From the NCBI GenBank assembly GCA_000320545.1, contig ADNK01000014.1, forward strand, positions 1 through 64,000: 64,000 nt of DNA, given 5' to 3'. Positions within the stretch are counted from its first letter, which is position 1, and every line of letters begins with the position of its first letter. The notes under the pieces were generated by a model. It was not told where the DNA came from and did no database searches. It saw only the letters and a program-made list of their open reading frames with translations. This document shows positions 13,429 to 26,705 of the stretch, one piece after another. This stretch comes from Bigelowiella natans CCMP2755. Taxonomy: Eukaryota; Protista; Cercozoa. A program made the position numbers and the translations under genes.

Positions 13429-15577
13429 CTACTACTACTTTTTCTCAGCACGCACCATCGGAATGTCGAGTCGTTATTCACCCACGTGGAGAGTTCGGTA
13501 GACTACGCCAGGTGGGATCCTGTGATGTCAGCTCTTGGCAGCATGAATTTCTAATCAGCTTCGCTCATCTCCACAGCCAAATCGACCCTTATGCCCTCCA
13601 CGATATGCGAACAGCAATATCAAACGGAGATCCAAGGGAACTCAACAAGCTGCTCCCCGAGTGTAGCCCCTACCTGGTAAGCACGTGCTTTACGAAAAAG
13701 CCATCTCGTAAATTCCTCTCTAGTTTCCCAGAGGGTAGGGTCATCGGAGGAACCATAAACTCCTCTTTTTTGAGAAGTGGATTCTTCTTGGCTAAATCAC
13801 AATTCTTATCTAGGTTGCTGCCGCGCTCAAAATGCATTTTAAAGAGATGGAGGTCCCCCCCCCCCCCCCCCCTTATTGATCACATTACGGTAGTGAAGAA
13901 TAGTTCTGAGAGTATATGGTGTATTTCTGCCAGGAACCTATCGTTCCTTTTCGGTATTACGAAGATTTTCTCGCAGCAGGTCGTATTGAGATGAATCGAG
14001 AAACACACATAATCGATGTTGGATTGCACGTCGTCGTCCACATCCCTTCTGATCTCTCAACTGTACTACCATTACCATTTGCGTTGGCCAACAGGGAAGC
14101 GTCTCGCCAACGCTACTGACGATCAAAAGGTAGGTAACCAACTCCTCGATCATTTTACCGAAAGTACAATCTCATCAGGGAGTTGTTCATGCAACGCATG
14201 AGAATATGTGACGGTCTGTTTTTGTTTGGTAGGTGGCCGAATACCGTCGCCTCTTGGACCAGCTACCCACAGTAATCCACAGTTTGTAATAGTTTTGATT
14301 CAAACATAGAAAACCTCTCCAGTGCGATAGTAAATCTCTCCCTCCTCCTCCTCCTCCTCCTCCTCCTCCTCCTCACCCATCGTTCTTGTTGATCAAGGTA
14401 CCGCATGGAACACTGGAAAAGCTAATAAGGTGGTTTCAAACAAATCCAAAGAGGGAGGCTCCTGCCCTCCTAGCATCATCCATGGCGGCATGAATTAACA
14501 AGCCTGAGCGAGAGAAGGCCTATCTTTGAAAATATAGGAGGGCCGAGCCTTTCCCAGCGTTTGCCATCTCCCTACTTCTCTACTATTGCAAAATGCAGTT
14601 ATCACAAGCCAGCACGTTCTCATTTCTCCTCTCTCCGTTTCAGGCTGCTAGATATTCTTGAAAGCGGCGAGTCTCCATACATCCTCGCGTGTGCCTTCGC
14701 TTCCTCTGTTCTACGGTACGTGATCACGTGTTTGCATTTGTGTATATGTATGCTACCTTTGTTCGTCGTATTCATATGACACTACCACAGTACTACCATC
14801 ATCTTTATTATCATCATCACTGTTGCTTCTTTCATATCAAAATGCAATTAAAAATATAATATATATGTTATATACATGCATATCCGGAGTACAGCCCGAA
14901 GCAGACTCCTGAGTCCACCATTCGCATGGTCGAAGACCCAAAGGTAGCTGTTTTATGCCTATGTGCTTTTGCATTGTACAAATATCGTCTTATATTTTTC
15001 ATCTCCTTCTCCTTCTTCTTCTTCTTCTTCTTCTTCTCATTGCATATCTCAGGTCATTCTCCGTGTCCTGCATTTCATGGTGGGCAAAGCAAAGCGTCTA
15101 TTTCCAAGGCCGGGAGATCCAAAGCAATCAAAGAAGAAGCAGCAGCAGCATCAGCAGCAGCCATTGCCACCTCCACCTCCCCCACCGTCATCAAAGAAAG
15201 TGATGACAGCAGTACCACCCTCGATAAAGCCATCGAAACCAAAGCAGCAATCCCCATCGACGCTACAACCAAAGCAGCAGCATTATACAGGCAAAAGAGC
15301 AGAAGGGCGAGGAGGAGGAGGAGGAGGAGGAGGAGGAGGAGGAGAGAAGACAAAATCTGGTGGAGAAGAAGGCAACGGTCGCCGCCCCAAGTAAGAATTC
15401 AGTGAGAGGGGAGGATGAAGGAGTGGAATTGCGAAGAAGTATTAGTAGTAGTAGTAGTAGTAGTAGTAATAGTAGCAGCAGAGGGGTGACGTTGCAGACA
15501 TAGAAGACTGAAGAAAGATTGATGATTAGACTTGTGCAAGATGATGATGATGATGATAATACCTTCTGCTGCTCCTG

Positions 15578-15609
<32 letters not shown>

Positions 15610-16240
15610 GATGCATCATCAGATTCCCAGCCCTGAAGAAACGACAAAAGAAATTTGGCACTCTCACGCCAGGAGAAAACTCGATTCAACGGCTGCAGGT
15701 AGAGATACATGGAATAGCAGGAAGTTATTCGAGTGTAACCTATAACTGTCTCTTTTTGTCAAAGAAATGAGAGAGGAGGGCATATATAGTTGTTGTGGTT
15801 GCTACAATAGATGATAGTTTACGCAGCAGCTCGGTGATGATGCGGTGCCGTCTACCTTCAGTTTTATTATTCGAAACTGATCAACGTCCTCTCCCCATCC
15901 TAATTGTTGTATGCAGGCGTATACAATGCGTGCGAGGATGAACAATTCAGTGAAAAGGTGTGTGGTTCCTGATCCCCCCCCCCCCACTCGCCTAAATGTA
16001 TAGAAAACAGTCAAAATCAATCGTGTTTCTCGCTCGTCAGTGATGGTGGTGACGTTGATGTGTGACTAAAGATAACTTCCGTGAGGCCTAACTCTCTCAT
16101 TCATTCGTTCTTACGTCTGTGTTTTTCTGTTGGAAGGCTGTCGAGTTCTCAAGGCAAGAATGACAGCAACTCGCTCCAAAATGCGGTGAGTACTGCTACG
16201 TATCACAGTTTGGAACCAGTGCTCTCTCCGCCGTCTCAAC

Positions 16241-16317
<77 letters not shown>

Positions 16318-16889
16318 GCATAGATATAGCACTATATGCATGCATGTATCCATCGATCTAATGCCATCTTTTGATCTGCTGATTTTTGAGGTAGATGCGG
16401 CTTTTTGGGTCTCTTTTCCCCTTTCCTTTCTCAGGTGAGCAGGTTGAGGAAAACTGGCATTCGAAAGGCACCAGAGAAGAAAGTGGCGGCGACAGCGTTC
16501 CCATCTTCGTCGAAGACGGTAAGACGATAGCTTTTTGAGCAGGGGGGGGGGGGGGGAATACGTACCCGGGAATTATTGTCCTACATCTCTAATAAGTCGC
16601 GCAAACTATCACGATTTCAATGCTACTCTCACAACTCTGCTGATATGATTCCTCCGGATACAGCTTTGCTACCCCATCTTCCTAATATGATGTTCTTTGC
16701 TCGCGTAAGCAGGCCAACAACAGCCATACTACGGTGGGAGCATCAAGGGCTGCATCTAACAAGCCGCAGCACGATGATCCAGGGAAAGAGAAAAAGAAGA
16801 GAGTGATGAAGAAGGAGGCAGCGACAGCGATCACGACGACAAAGGAAACTAAATCGCCTGTCAAGAAACCGACGATGACGACAACTTCG
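12881..16889 (+). CDS. RhoGAP-like domain (degenerate, no arginine finger) with Pro/Gln/Lys-rich tail; probably the 5' part of one gene with the Costars domain
   Basis: Manual splice: SKYGARLDLLGILGVVQYIG|THHRNVESLFTHVESSVDYAS|QIDPYALHDMRTAISNGDPRELNKLLPECSPYL|VAAALKMHFKEME|EPIVPFRYYEDFLAAG|KRLANATDDQK|VAEYRRLLDQLPT|VPHGTLEKLIR|LLDILESGESPYILACAFASSVLR|PKQTPES...|VILRVLHFMVGKAKRLFP. PY.VA..LK..F.E..EP+VPF..Y..FL is the RhoGAP core. Confidence 0.75.
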
Positions 16890-17289
16890 GTCTGATATTC
16901 TGAAAATTTTATTTTGGCCCTTCCATGATGCCGCGATAAAACCGCTTATTATTCAAAAATGTACATGATACAATATAATATACACATATATGTAGTAGTT
17001 TGTAGATTTTGTGTATAATTTAGCATTATCTAATGTTTGCTCTGCCTCATCCTCCCCTTCTGCCCGTTGTCTTTTTTCATCTTTTACGATCGATCTTCAT
17101 GTTTTGGACGATTTGGGTCCCCCCCCCCCCTCATTCCCCCCTCTCTCTCTCCAACCTTTCGCATGTGCTTTGATTAACAAACGTGTGCGACTATTGCAAC
17201 TGCAATCCATCGCCTCCCACCACGATCATCATACTATGCCAGTCTTGGTTTCGGCCTGCCCCCCCCCACCCCCGCCGCACCATAGGCAG

Positions 17290-18481
17290 AGCAGATCCCT
17301 GAAAGATTTCCGTCCAGATGCTAATAGACGCAAGCAGAAACAGTTGCTGCAGCAGCTGCAGCAACACAACCTGCACCGCTCATTTCCCTCCTCGTCATCA
17401 TCCTCTGTCTTATATAGACGGGGTGGTGGTGGTGATGATGATGATGGGGGGGCAGCTGCTAGTTCTGAAGATGACGAATATGTCGATTCTGATGACACTG
17501 ATGAACAGGAAGCAACGATGGGTTCAAAGAACAATCAACAGCAGCGACAGCCACAGGGCGCAAAGAAAAAGTAGTATGTCGATAGAGGCACATATTACCA
17601 CACGCACACAAAGATGTATCTTGTTAAGTTTGCACCTACATCTTGAATGAATATCACGTATGCAGGGGGTAATAAAGAGTCCTTGTTTCGAGATATCGTG
17701 GCTGCCACCGTCATTAGTTTATGATATGTGCCTTGTTGAAAATACCAGAAACAGGAAGGCTTTGGTGTCGATGTGGGACGAGAAGGTGGGGAACCGATCG
17801 ACCTCATAGCTTACACCATCTTCTCCAAAACCAATCCAATCAACATCTAACACTACCGCTACTTGTTCGTCACTGCTTACGGTTCAGTCTTACGATATCA
17901 TCATTGTAATAGAATCGGGAGCTACATTGAAATACTTTATGTACCCCGTACTATGCCACCAAAGTTCATTCGATTGACTTATGCACTTTACTGCCTTCTC
18001 CTCCTCTTCCTCGTCCTCCTCCTCTTCTCCCACGAGCAGGCAAAAAAGGCTGCGGCACAGCAGAAGCGGAATGTGTTTTCAAAAGACTACGACAGCAGCA
18101 CACACGCAAAGGGCAAGAATAAACCCGGACAAAAGGGGTCAGTTCGGCGCCGCGCAGCATTCGCAACGACGCAGTAGCGATCGCAACACAGAGGGAGGAA
18201 TGGAGTAAAGTCAAGTAGCGTTTTATGTTGGAAAATATCAGGCTATGGAACACACAATAGCTAATTCCTCTTTTTCTTCTTCTTCTTCTTTTCCCCCAAC
18301 TTGCTAGTTATGGAAAAGCTCCGGAAGGCAGCAAGAGTGCCGCAAGGGCGGCGAAGGTACCGAATAATTAGCAAGTAGAACCAATAATGACTGTCGAAAA
18401 ATGCATGGGGGGGGGGGCGGAGGATTAGAGGAGCAGACCAAAAGCTGACTCATTGACTTACTCTTCGGATATATTTAATGG

Positions 18482-18534
<53 letters not shown>

Positions 18535-19409
18535 TTAGACATAAATATGTGTGTGTGTGTGTGTGTGTATGTGTGTGATTTTAGGCCAAGCTGTGGGTGA
18601 AGCAGCAGATTGGACAGCTTATATCCGTCATCAAGAAGGTGCCTTTGTCATGTGTGATGATTGATGACGAAGAGAACTGCCGGAAGAAGAGAAGAAGAAG
18701 AAGAAGACGACGACGACGACGTTGAGAGAAGGAGAAATGAAGAATGACAAAAGCACACCGTATACCACCTCACAGAGGAGGAGGAGGAGGAGGAGGAGGA
18801 GGAGGAGGAGGAGGAAGATAACTAATTGGTCTTTTTATTTCTATCAGATTGGCTCTCAGAGTTCCCAAGGCAGATACGAGGTAGTAATGAGCCCCGCACA
18901 GCGTAATATTCTCATGATGTAAGAAGGTCTGCTTGTGACTGTTTGCAGGTGACTTTCGGAATCATCTTCGTTGCATATCAGGACATATCCGACACCTTGG
19001 TTGGAATCCTCAGAAGGTGCTGCCACTGCCAGTACCAATCGTCCTACTTGCTGCTAAGTACCCTACGACGACGAAGACTTCACATATCTGGAATAACCAT
19101 ACTCACCGATGATTTCAAGATGGCATGCTTGCCTTATTTCTCTTGCTGACAGGGAATATCCAAGAAAGTGAATTGATGTTACCCCTCCCCGGTTTTCCCA
19201 AATTGATGTTTTTAGGGCCAGGAAGTACGGATGCGTGGAGTTTGAGGGCGACATGCTGTATGATTGTTGCTAACTAAAAGTTAAATAAATCTTTAGATCA
19301 TGGATGTAAATCTATATTTTTCATCAGGTTCCAAGGCCAATCTGACAATGTTATCATTTCTCTCACAGCAAAAGCTGACACGTGGAAGCATATGCCACCT
19401 GCAAAATAG
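17290..19409 (+). CDS. ABRA: ABRA/STARS-like actin-binding region with C-terminal Costars domain
   Basis: Spliced: RNRKALVSMWDEK|AKKAAAQQKRNVFS...GQKG|YGKAPEGSKSAARAAK|AKLWVKQQIGQLISVIKK|IGSQSSQGRYE|VTFGIIFVAYQDISDTLVGILRR|ARKYGCVEFEGDML|FQGQSDNVIISLT...* (TAG 19407-19409). This matches the ABRA C-terminus YG.P.EG.K...RA...VTFG.LF..Y..ISD..VGIL.RARK.G.V.FEGEML.QG..D.V.I.L. Confidence 0.85.
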
Positions 19410-20048
19410 TAACTGAATCCTGGCTAGACTGTATACGATAACGGCTGCATGTGCGATGTTGCTCTGCACAATTTTGTTACAAAATAAAGTAAGTGTAGTG
19501 GGTAGAACTTAGGCTCATCATTCATCATGCCATGCTGCAGCTAGATCGAGACGCATAGGAAATACGGCTGCCTGCCACATGGACGAACTATGTTCTCTAG
19601 TTCTAGTAATACGTTTACTACGATTACGAGCTAGCGAGCCTAGTCTTCACTAGATCATTATTTGTGTCAGACGGATTCTGCGCTACACTTGTAGAAGGCG
19701 CGCACATGGACAATGTTAATTATGACACAAAGACACACACACACACACACACACAATACATATCTATATAATCTAGGTTTAGGTTGTTTTTTTATATTCT
19801 GTACATTTGACGCAATCACGCAAGATAACAATAACGATATTTGTGCTTGAATGCTAGAATGTCTCATATACTGCATGATACCTTTTACGATATTTGGGAA
19901 AAATTCAGTATAATTTCAACGGTATGCATGAATAATGCTGAGAAAATTGTTTATCACCGGACGTATTGCTTGACACCACTAGTTGAAAGATAAAGATTTG
20001 CTTTCAACATAGCAGCAAACCTGCTTCTATAATACAACTAAATAACAA

Positions 20049-20900
20049 CTAGCTTTGCGTCCAAGAATTTTGGTGCACAACAACATCTGTTTCCATTCTA
20101 CTTTTTGTGCTAGGGCAACGAAAACCGTATCGTTCAAGCGTAACTTGTCTGAGTCGATACTTCTTGATAAGGTGTATAACCTTCTCTCTATTGTTTACAT
20201 TCAATGACTGTGAAGTAGAAAAGCAACAAATAATAACCATTATTATCGGATCACTAAAACTGTCGTGAAACGGGATAAAAAATATATATGTGTGCAAATA
20301 TTCAATATGTTAGCTTTGATGTAAATTATGGAACGACGCCCATTTTCTGTGTTTCTATTCATGGAAAAATGTGCTAACGAAGTGTAATTATGACCATCTG
20401 CCGTATTTGTCGCATGAGATCGTCTAAAGACTCCGGTTTTGGATCCATTCTAGACTTTTTTAATCTAAACGGAAGTTGTGAACGCACACATTTGTTGGCT
20501 TCATCGTATCAAACGAAGAGTCTCTGATATGAATCTTCCACATCTTATCCCTCCCGTGTTGAACAAAATCGAAACAGACCTGGACTTATTTTCTTGGACA
20601 GAGGAAGGAAAGAATCGATTCTTCGTCGCGAGAGAGGTACGAGTAAGTAGATAAACGTGGGTCGAACGATAACCACGTGGAGGGAGGGGATATCCGTTGG
20701 TTAAGAAGTCAATTTCGAGATTTCGAACTAGATTGGAATTTCGAAGGCGAAAATATCAATAATTTCCGGAATACGTCAACATTTATGACATGACGGAGGT
20801 CTGAAATCACGAGGGTTTTCGCCTCGTTGAATATCATTTGGAAACGAATCCCTCTGACGAATTATCAATAGAGGAGATCAATTCGGATATTGTTGTCGTA
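20049..20900 (-). CDS. Possible small hypothetical multi-exon gene
   Basis: Microsatellite-free stretch with short minus-strand frames (MDPKPESLDDLMRQIRQM|gt near 20395-20448; ...NREKVIHLIKKYRLRQVTLERYGFRCP...* at 20049). It would be divergent from LRRC9 and convergent on the ABRA-like gene. Confidence 0.2.
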
Positions 20901-21147
20901 GGGTAAATTTGCATGGTATTCCTGGGAAGGATCGATACATGAAAATTTGGATAAAAGTGGATACCGGAATTGTCTTACAAATATCCTCATTATGTTCGTA
21001 TCATATTTTGATATGACCTATCTGTATGCAAGTACTGTTTATAAATATTTCAATATTATGATATTTTATCAATATAATTATGTCCAATCATTGCTGAAAC
21101 GGATGTGTAACTGGCGAGCCTAGCCTGCCAGCATGGACGAGTAGAAG

Positions 21148-22753
21148 ATGGCAGACGATGGAGGAGATGCGGAAGCCGCTTTGGCTTTGTCTACGCTTTT
21201 AGTTGAGGAGAGCGGGAGTGATGATATTGACACTAACGATATAAAAGATGAGCCTGGCAGGGCCAGCGACGAGGATTCCAAAGAGACTGAAACTCAAAAA
21301 AAGAAAGAGAAGAAACCCAAGAAGAAAGTCACTTCCTCCCCACGTCCCAATCAGCCTTCTTTGTGCAATTCGATACGTGTCATTTATTTTCTACTTCTGC
21401 ATTCGAAGATTGTTTGCATTTTTGCACTCGTCGTGCTGATCCACCAAAATCGCTTGTTTTTCAGAGTAAGGAGGCTTTGTACGCAGAGCTCTCAAGGAAT
21501 CCCGATGCGTTCAAAGTTGCCTGTATTTCCAATGGCTGCAAGCCGGTTAGTACCCATTAGTATTTCGAAGAAATCAAGTAGAGGCTGTATCTATTTTTGG
21601 GTATATTGATACTTATTTTTATTCTTATTTTTTTAGCAAGATGCACGCTCCTTATCAAAAGTGGAAATTTTTATGACAAATTACTCGAAGATGCGTGGAC
21701 TGGAACCTTTTGTCAATTGTCAGCATCTGGAGATCTTACACCAACGTAAAATCTAATTCAATGATGCAATGGGAATAATTCATTCCTTTCCCTGCTCCCC
21801 CATTCAATTTAAGATTAGGTGCTCAATAAATATAGATCTGCAAGTTCTTAATTTGAGTTCCTTCTTTTTGTTTTTTGACTTCTTCTCCTCCATCCCTCTC
21901 TAAATGGAAAAAGCGATTAAAGCTATTGAGGGCCTGGAACGGATGCCATTCCTGGAAACAGTTTGGATATGCCATACAAAAATTGATAGAATATCTGGGC
22001 TTGAGCGCAACTCATGCATTAATGAGCTCCATTTGGACTTCAACCAGATTGCCAAAATTGAGAACCTGGACCATCTGGAACACCTCTCTGTGTTGTCCAT
22101 TACTGGGAACAAAATCACCAAGATTAGAGGCCTCAAGGAGCTGAAGAAACTCCGAGACTTGAACGTAGCGGGAAACTCAATTAGCGTCATATTTGATAGC
22201 CTTGAGGAGATGGAGGCCCTTGAACATCTCAACTTGGCTGGGAATCAGATTACCTCATTCTCGGAGATAAAGTGGCTCAAAAGATTGCCGAACCTGAAAA
22301 GGTTTGTTTTCGTCAACAACCATCCATCGCCGTCTCTTCCTCTTCCTCCCTTTCTCTTCTATCGGTTGCCATGTCCAATTTTCGATCTATTGCCCCAAGA
22401 TGTAGTACACCAGGAAAGAACACGTTATTGTATGATGCCGTGTAATGGTATTGAGAAAGATGATACACACTCGGAGAGAGGGGATTGCGATAAAGCGAGA
22501 GAGTTCTATGCTCTTGCTGCACGAATCAACAGTTTTCTTCATCTTGTGACTGCAGGCTTTACCTGAATGATCCACACTACGGTGACAACCCAATCTGCAA
22601 CCTCTCGAATTATCACACATATTCTCTGTACCATATGTCGCACCTGGAAGTCCTTGATTGTGTAAAGCTGGGACCACAGGCCGTCCGCCTCGCAGAAGCC
22701 ACCTACCAGAAGAAGCAGATGTAGGCCGTCCTTTTTCTCTTTCTCTCATCTCT

Positions 22754-22789
<36 letters not shown>

Positions 22790-24161
22790 TCCTCTCTTCT
22801 TGCATCTGCCGGTTGCTAGTAACAGGAAGCTGACTGAGGAAGTACATGACAGGTTTTACGCGATGCACTTGCGAAGAATAACTAGTATAAGGAGTGACAT
22901 TCTGACGGCCGGCGCAAATTTGGTGCGTGAGCTTGTCAACAAGGTCGATCTTCTGCTGCATCCAGTTATCAAATCGATGAAAACGCTGGTCGTGGACGAG
23001 CTGCGAAAGACGCATGGAGTCCAACTCGGTGACAGAAGGATGGTATCTAGGGAGCTTGCAGCCGTGCAAAGCGAGATCGGCGATCACATCGACATTGTGC
23101 GGGCTCTGGAGGGCGAGCTCTACACGCTAACCCACGTGATCAATAGCGCGGCTTCCCAGCTCTCCGCCAAGCTAAAGATGGAGCTCGACACTGGTGGCAA
23201 CTTTCAGCTGGTGCACAGGACGGAAAGGGAACAAGCATGGTTCAAGAGCTGCGTAAAGTTCATGTCGCTGCAATACAAGAAGGTGCCTGGGGTCGACCTA
23301 CGGATTCAAGACGTCATCAAGGTGGAAAACCAGTTCGTTCGCAACCGCTTCGAGGAGACCCTGCAGGCATTACCAGTGTTCAATCCGGTCAGGATCGACT
23401 CGCCAAAGCCTCAACTGCACTACATGTTTCTTTGCGCAGAGCCGCACGAGTAAGTCCTCGAAGCAGATACGCACACAGTAAATAGTACAGCGAGAGTATT
23501 GTCGTCGTCATCATCACCATCATGTATTATATCTTTAGGTACAACCTAGAGGTCGTGCTGCGGAAGGGATTCGGAAAAGTGGCCGGTGGGCGAGGTATCG
23601 TAACACTGACGGACTCAGTCAACTTAGCGCTTGAAAGAAAGTTGGGAACCAAGTAAGATTTTGCCAACATCATTCACGTACTCTACTTGAATGGTGATAA
23701 TGGATAATATTAAATATCGATGGTGTGTATTGACACATTACACTCACGCTCAAAATCACACCGTTGGAACTCTGTCGCACCTGCCCCCCTCGCCTATAAC
23801 AGGCTCTCGTCAGGATACAATAAAAGCATCTTGAGGAAACCCCAGCTGGGTTCTCTGTTAGTCGTGAAGGTCTATCTCGGGAACAATCGCTCCATCAGCC
23901 AGAATGAGGTGCCACCGAACCTCACTGACATGTGTGCGACGTTCCGAGACTACAACTCCATTTCTGTCTCGGTGGATGACGAAGATGCAGCAGCGAAGCA
24001 GAAGGTGACGACATCTAGTGTGACGCCTATGCGAATCTTTTTGTGATCTTGTCCATTTTTTCATTGAAACAACCACGACGACGTCGAAAATTTGCTAATT
24101 TTTTTTTTCCCCTTTAATGAGAAAGGAGTTATGAGAGGAAAAGAGAGATAGGTGAGGTGAT

Positions 24162-24200
<39 letters not shown>

Positions 24201-24556
24201 ATTTCCTTCCGTCCTAATGTTGTATGTTCCCAGGAAGAAGAGGGGCAAAGAGATGGCGACAAGGATGATGAAGATCGGAATAAAAATGCAGAAGGAGAGC
24301 AGGGCGGGGGTAAACCGAAGCGAAAGGTCGTTGCAAGCCAGTACTGGTATGTATTTGATACGGCGCTCATCGTTCCCGAATACATCATCGAGTACAAAAT
24401 TGGCGAGAAGAAGGTGACCAAGCATTCCAAGGAAGACGACGAATCCAAAGAGGTCTGGATCGAAAAGTTCATCATGAGTAAAACAAACGACTCGCTACTT
24501 TCCTTCTTTTATTTCTGGGAGGCAGGAAACTTCAGCGAGGAAGTAAAGAGGGGAAT

Positions 24557-24596
<40 letters not shown>

Positions 24597-25485
24597 AGAA
24601 TGTTGGTGAAAACCCTCCTTCAATTATTTATAGAAATGTGATGATTTCTATTTTTACACACACACACACACACAACAACGCGTACAACATTTAGCCCGGG
24701 ATAGTCCCGAACAGCATGATATCTTTTGAGCCTCCGGCGTCCGACGAAGCACTTCAGCTTGCAAGGACGTTTTCCACTCTCGCCAAGCCGTACGATGAAT
24801 TTCGGGAACGACTCGCTAAAGTGAAGAAGATTATCTCGCGCAAGGACACAAAAGGCGCTTCCCCTCGAATCGTGTCTTCGCGTGATCACGAGAGGGAGGA
24901 GCTGCACATCAGCCCCAACCAAATATTTGTCGACGCGTTTTCCAGGAAACTCCTCATTACGCCGGTGCTTCCAAATTCTAAGGTATGAAAGTAATGAACA
25001 GTTTGATGATGATAAAAGTTATTAGTATTGGTGCTTTGTTGTAGCATCCCCCCCCCTCCCCCCCCCCCCTTCTCAATCTAGAAGTTAACTTATGCGCTAT
25101 TGAATGGCTATAAGGTGCTAAAGACGCTCATTTTGAGTTTCAACCGGCTGAACTCCATTGAGGAACTGGATGGGATAGCGCTACCTGCCCTCACCTTCAT
25201 GGACTTGGCATATAATGAGATCAAAACACTAAAAGGCTTCCCTTCCGCCCCAAATCTGAAGTCGCTTGATGTGTCACATAACCTACTCACGGGGCTTGCA
25301 GAGATTGACGCTATTGCTAAGCAGGTCGTCGTTCACAGCTCTCACCATTTATGTTCTTATTCAGCATCATCGATAGCCTTATAATTCCCCTTACTGTTTC
25401 GTATCATTGCCCGTGCATTGTTTGAGAAGAAGGTAGATCATGCTAGACTACACAGCAGCACTACCGCCTCGCAAATTAGACAACT

Positions 25486-25516
<31 letters not shown>

Positions 25517-25932
25517 GGTTCCCGACCTCCTCGAAGTAAATCTACGCGGAAACTACTTTTGCCGGTCCCTTCTGTACAAGACCAAAGTGCTATCATGCTT
25601 CCCAAAGCTGATCGGCTTCGATCTGCAGAAGGTTAGCCATCGAACTCGCAAGAGGATCAAGAAGCTCCCTTCTGTGCCCCTCTCGGAGAAGGTGCTGCTG
25701 CAAAGCTCCGATCTTTGCGGCGCGCAGTTCCTATCACGGATGGGATCGGCCAGCAAGATCCAGACGGAGATGAAGGAAATACTCGGGGAAAACGGCGACA
25801 GCAAATGGTAGGTCTTTCTCATCTCCTCCCTCCCCCCCTCCCACATCCGAAAAGAATGGCTTCTACTGCGATATTTGTGTGTAATTTGATGGTTTACTCG
25901 ACATAATGTTGATGATGATGTTTCCTGTCGTG

Positions 25933-25963
<31 letters not shown>

Positions 25964-26650
25964 CCCTCTCCAGGAGAGAAAGGGTTACGGAGCTGAAGCT
26001 CGGGAGTATGGGATATAAGCCATCGTCCAAGTTGCTGACAACTTTCCCGAACCTTAAGACGCTGCAGCTGCCCAACAACGACATTTCAGATGCCGACGAA
26101 TTGCAGCTCTCAAACTGCAAATGCCTCCAGGTAATATGCGTAATGACTGGCTACGATATAAATACTCCCACGTCATTTATCATACTCATTTTCCTCGTAA
26201 CGCCCACACTGGACAAGCACGCACGCACTTGTATGGGCTTGAAGTATGCTCATCACGGGCAGCCTCATCGTCATCAGCATCATCATCATCATCATCATCT
26301 CATCATTACCTCCCCCCCTCTCCCTTCACCCCCCCTTTGTTGTCTATGATCCAGGCCCTCGATCTTGACGGAAACCGTATATCTCGCATCCCTGGCTCCT
26401 TGCCTGACTCGCTAATGTCGCTATCACTCGCCAACAACTTAATCTCCCGCATGGAAAAACCCAGTGGTTGGACTGCATCGCTTACACGCCTCTGCCTTGA
26501 GAATAACCAGATCTCCTCTCTGGAAGGCTTCTCGAGCCTTACAGCGCTTATGGAGCTTTATCTTACGAGAAACAAGTATAGTAGAGTTGTCTTTAGTCTT
26601 TCGTACTATTTGGTCACCACACGAACACACACACACACACACATTATATG

Positions 26651-26705
<55 letters not shown>

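Noticed and set aside
13047-13994. 315-aa ORF as a single-exon gene
   Set aside because: It runs through RhoGAP introns (poly-His, poly-Pro from repeats). Only the QIDPY...SPYL part is in the true frame for the conserved core.
17011-17520. Standalone ABRA start with a transit-peptide-like leader ending in RRGG
   Set aside because: No signal peptide is visible, and an in-frame acceptor at 17289 explains the region better as an internal exon. Not fully excluded.
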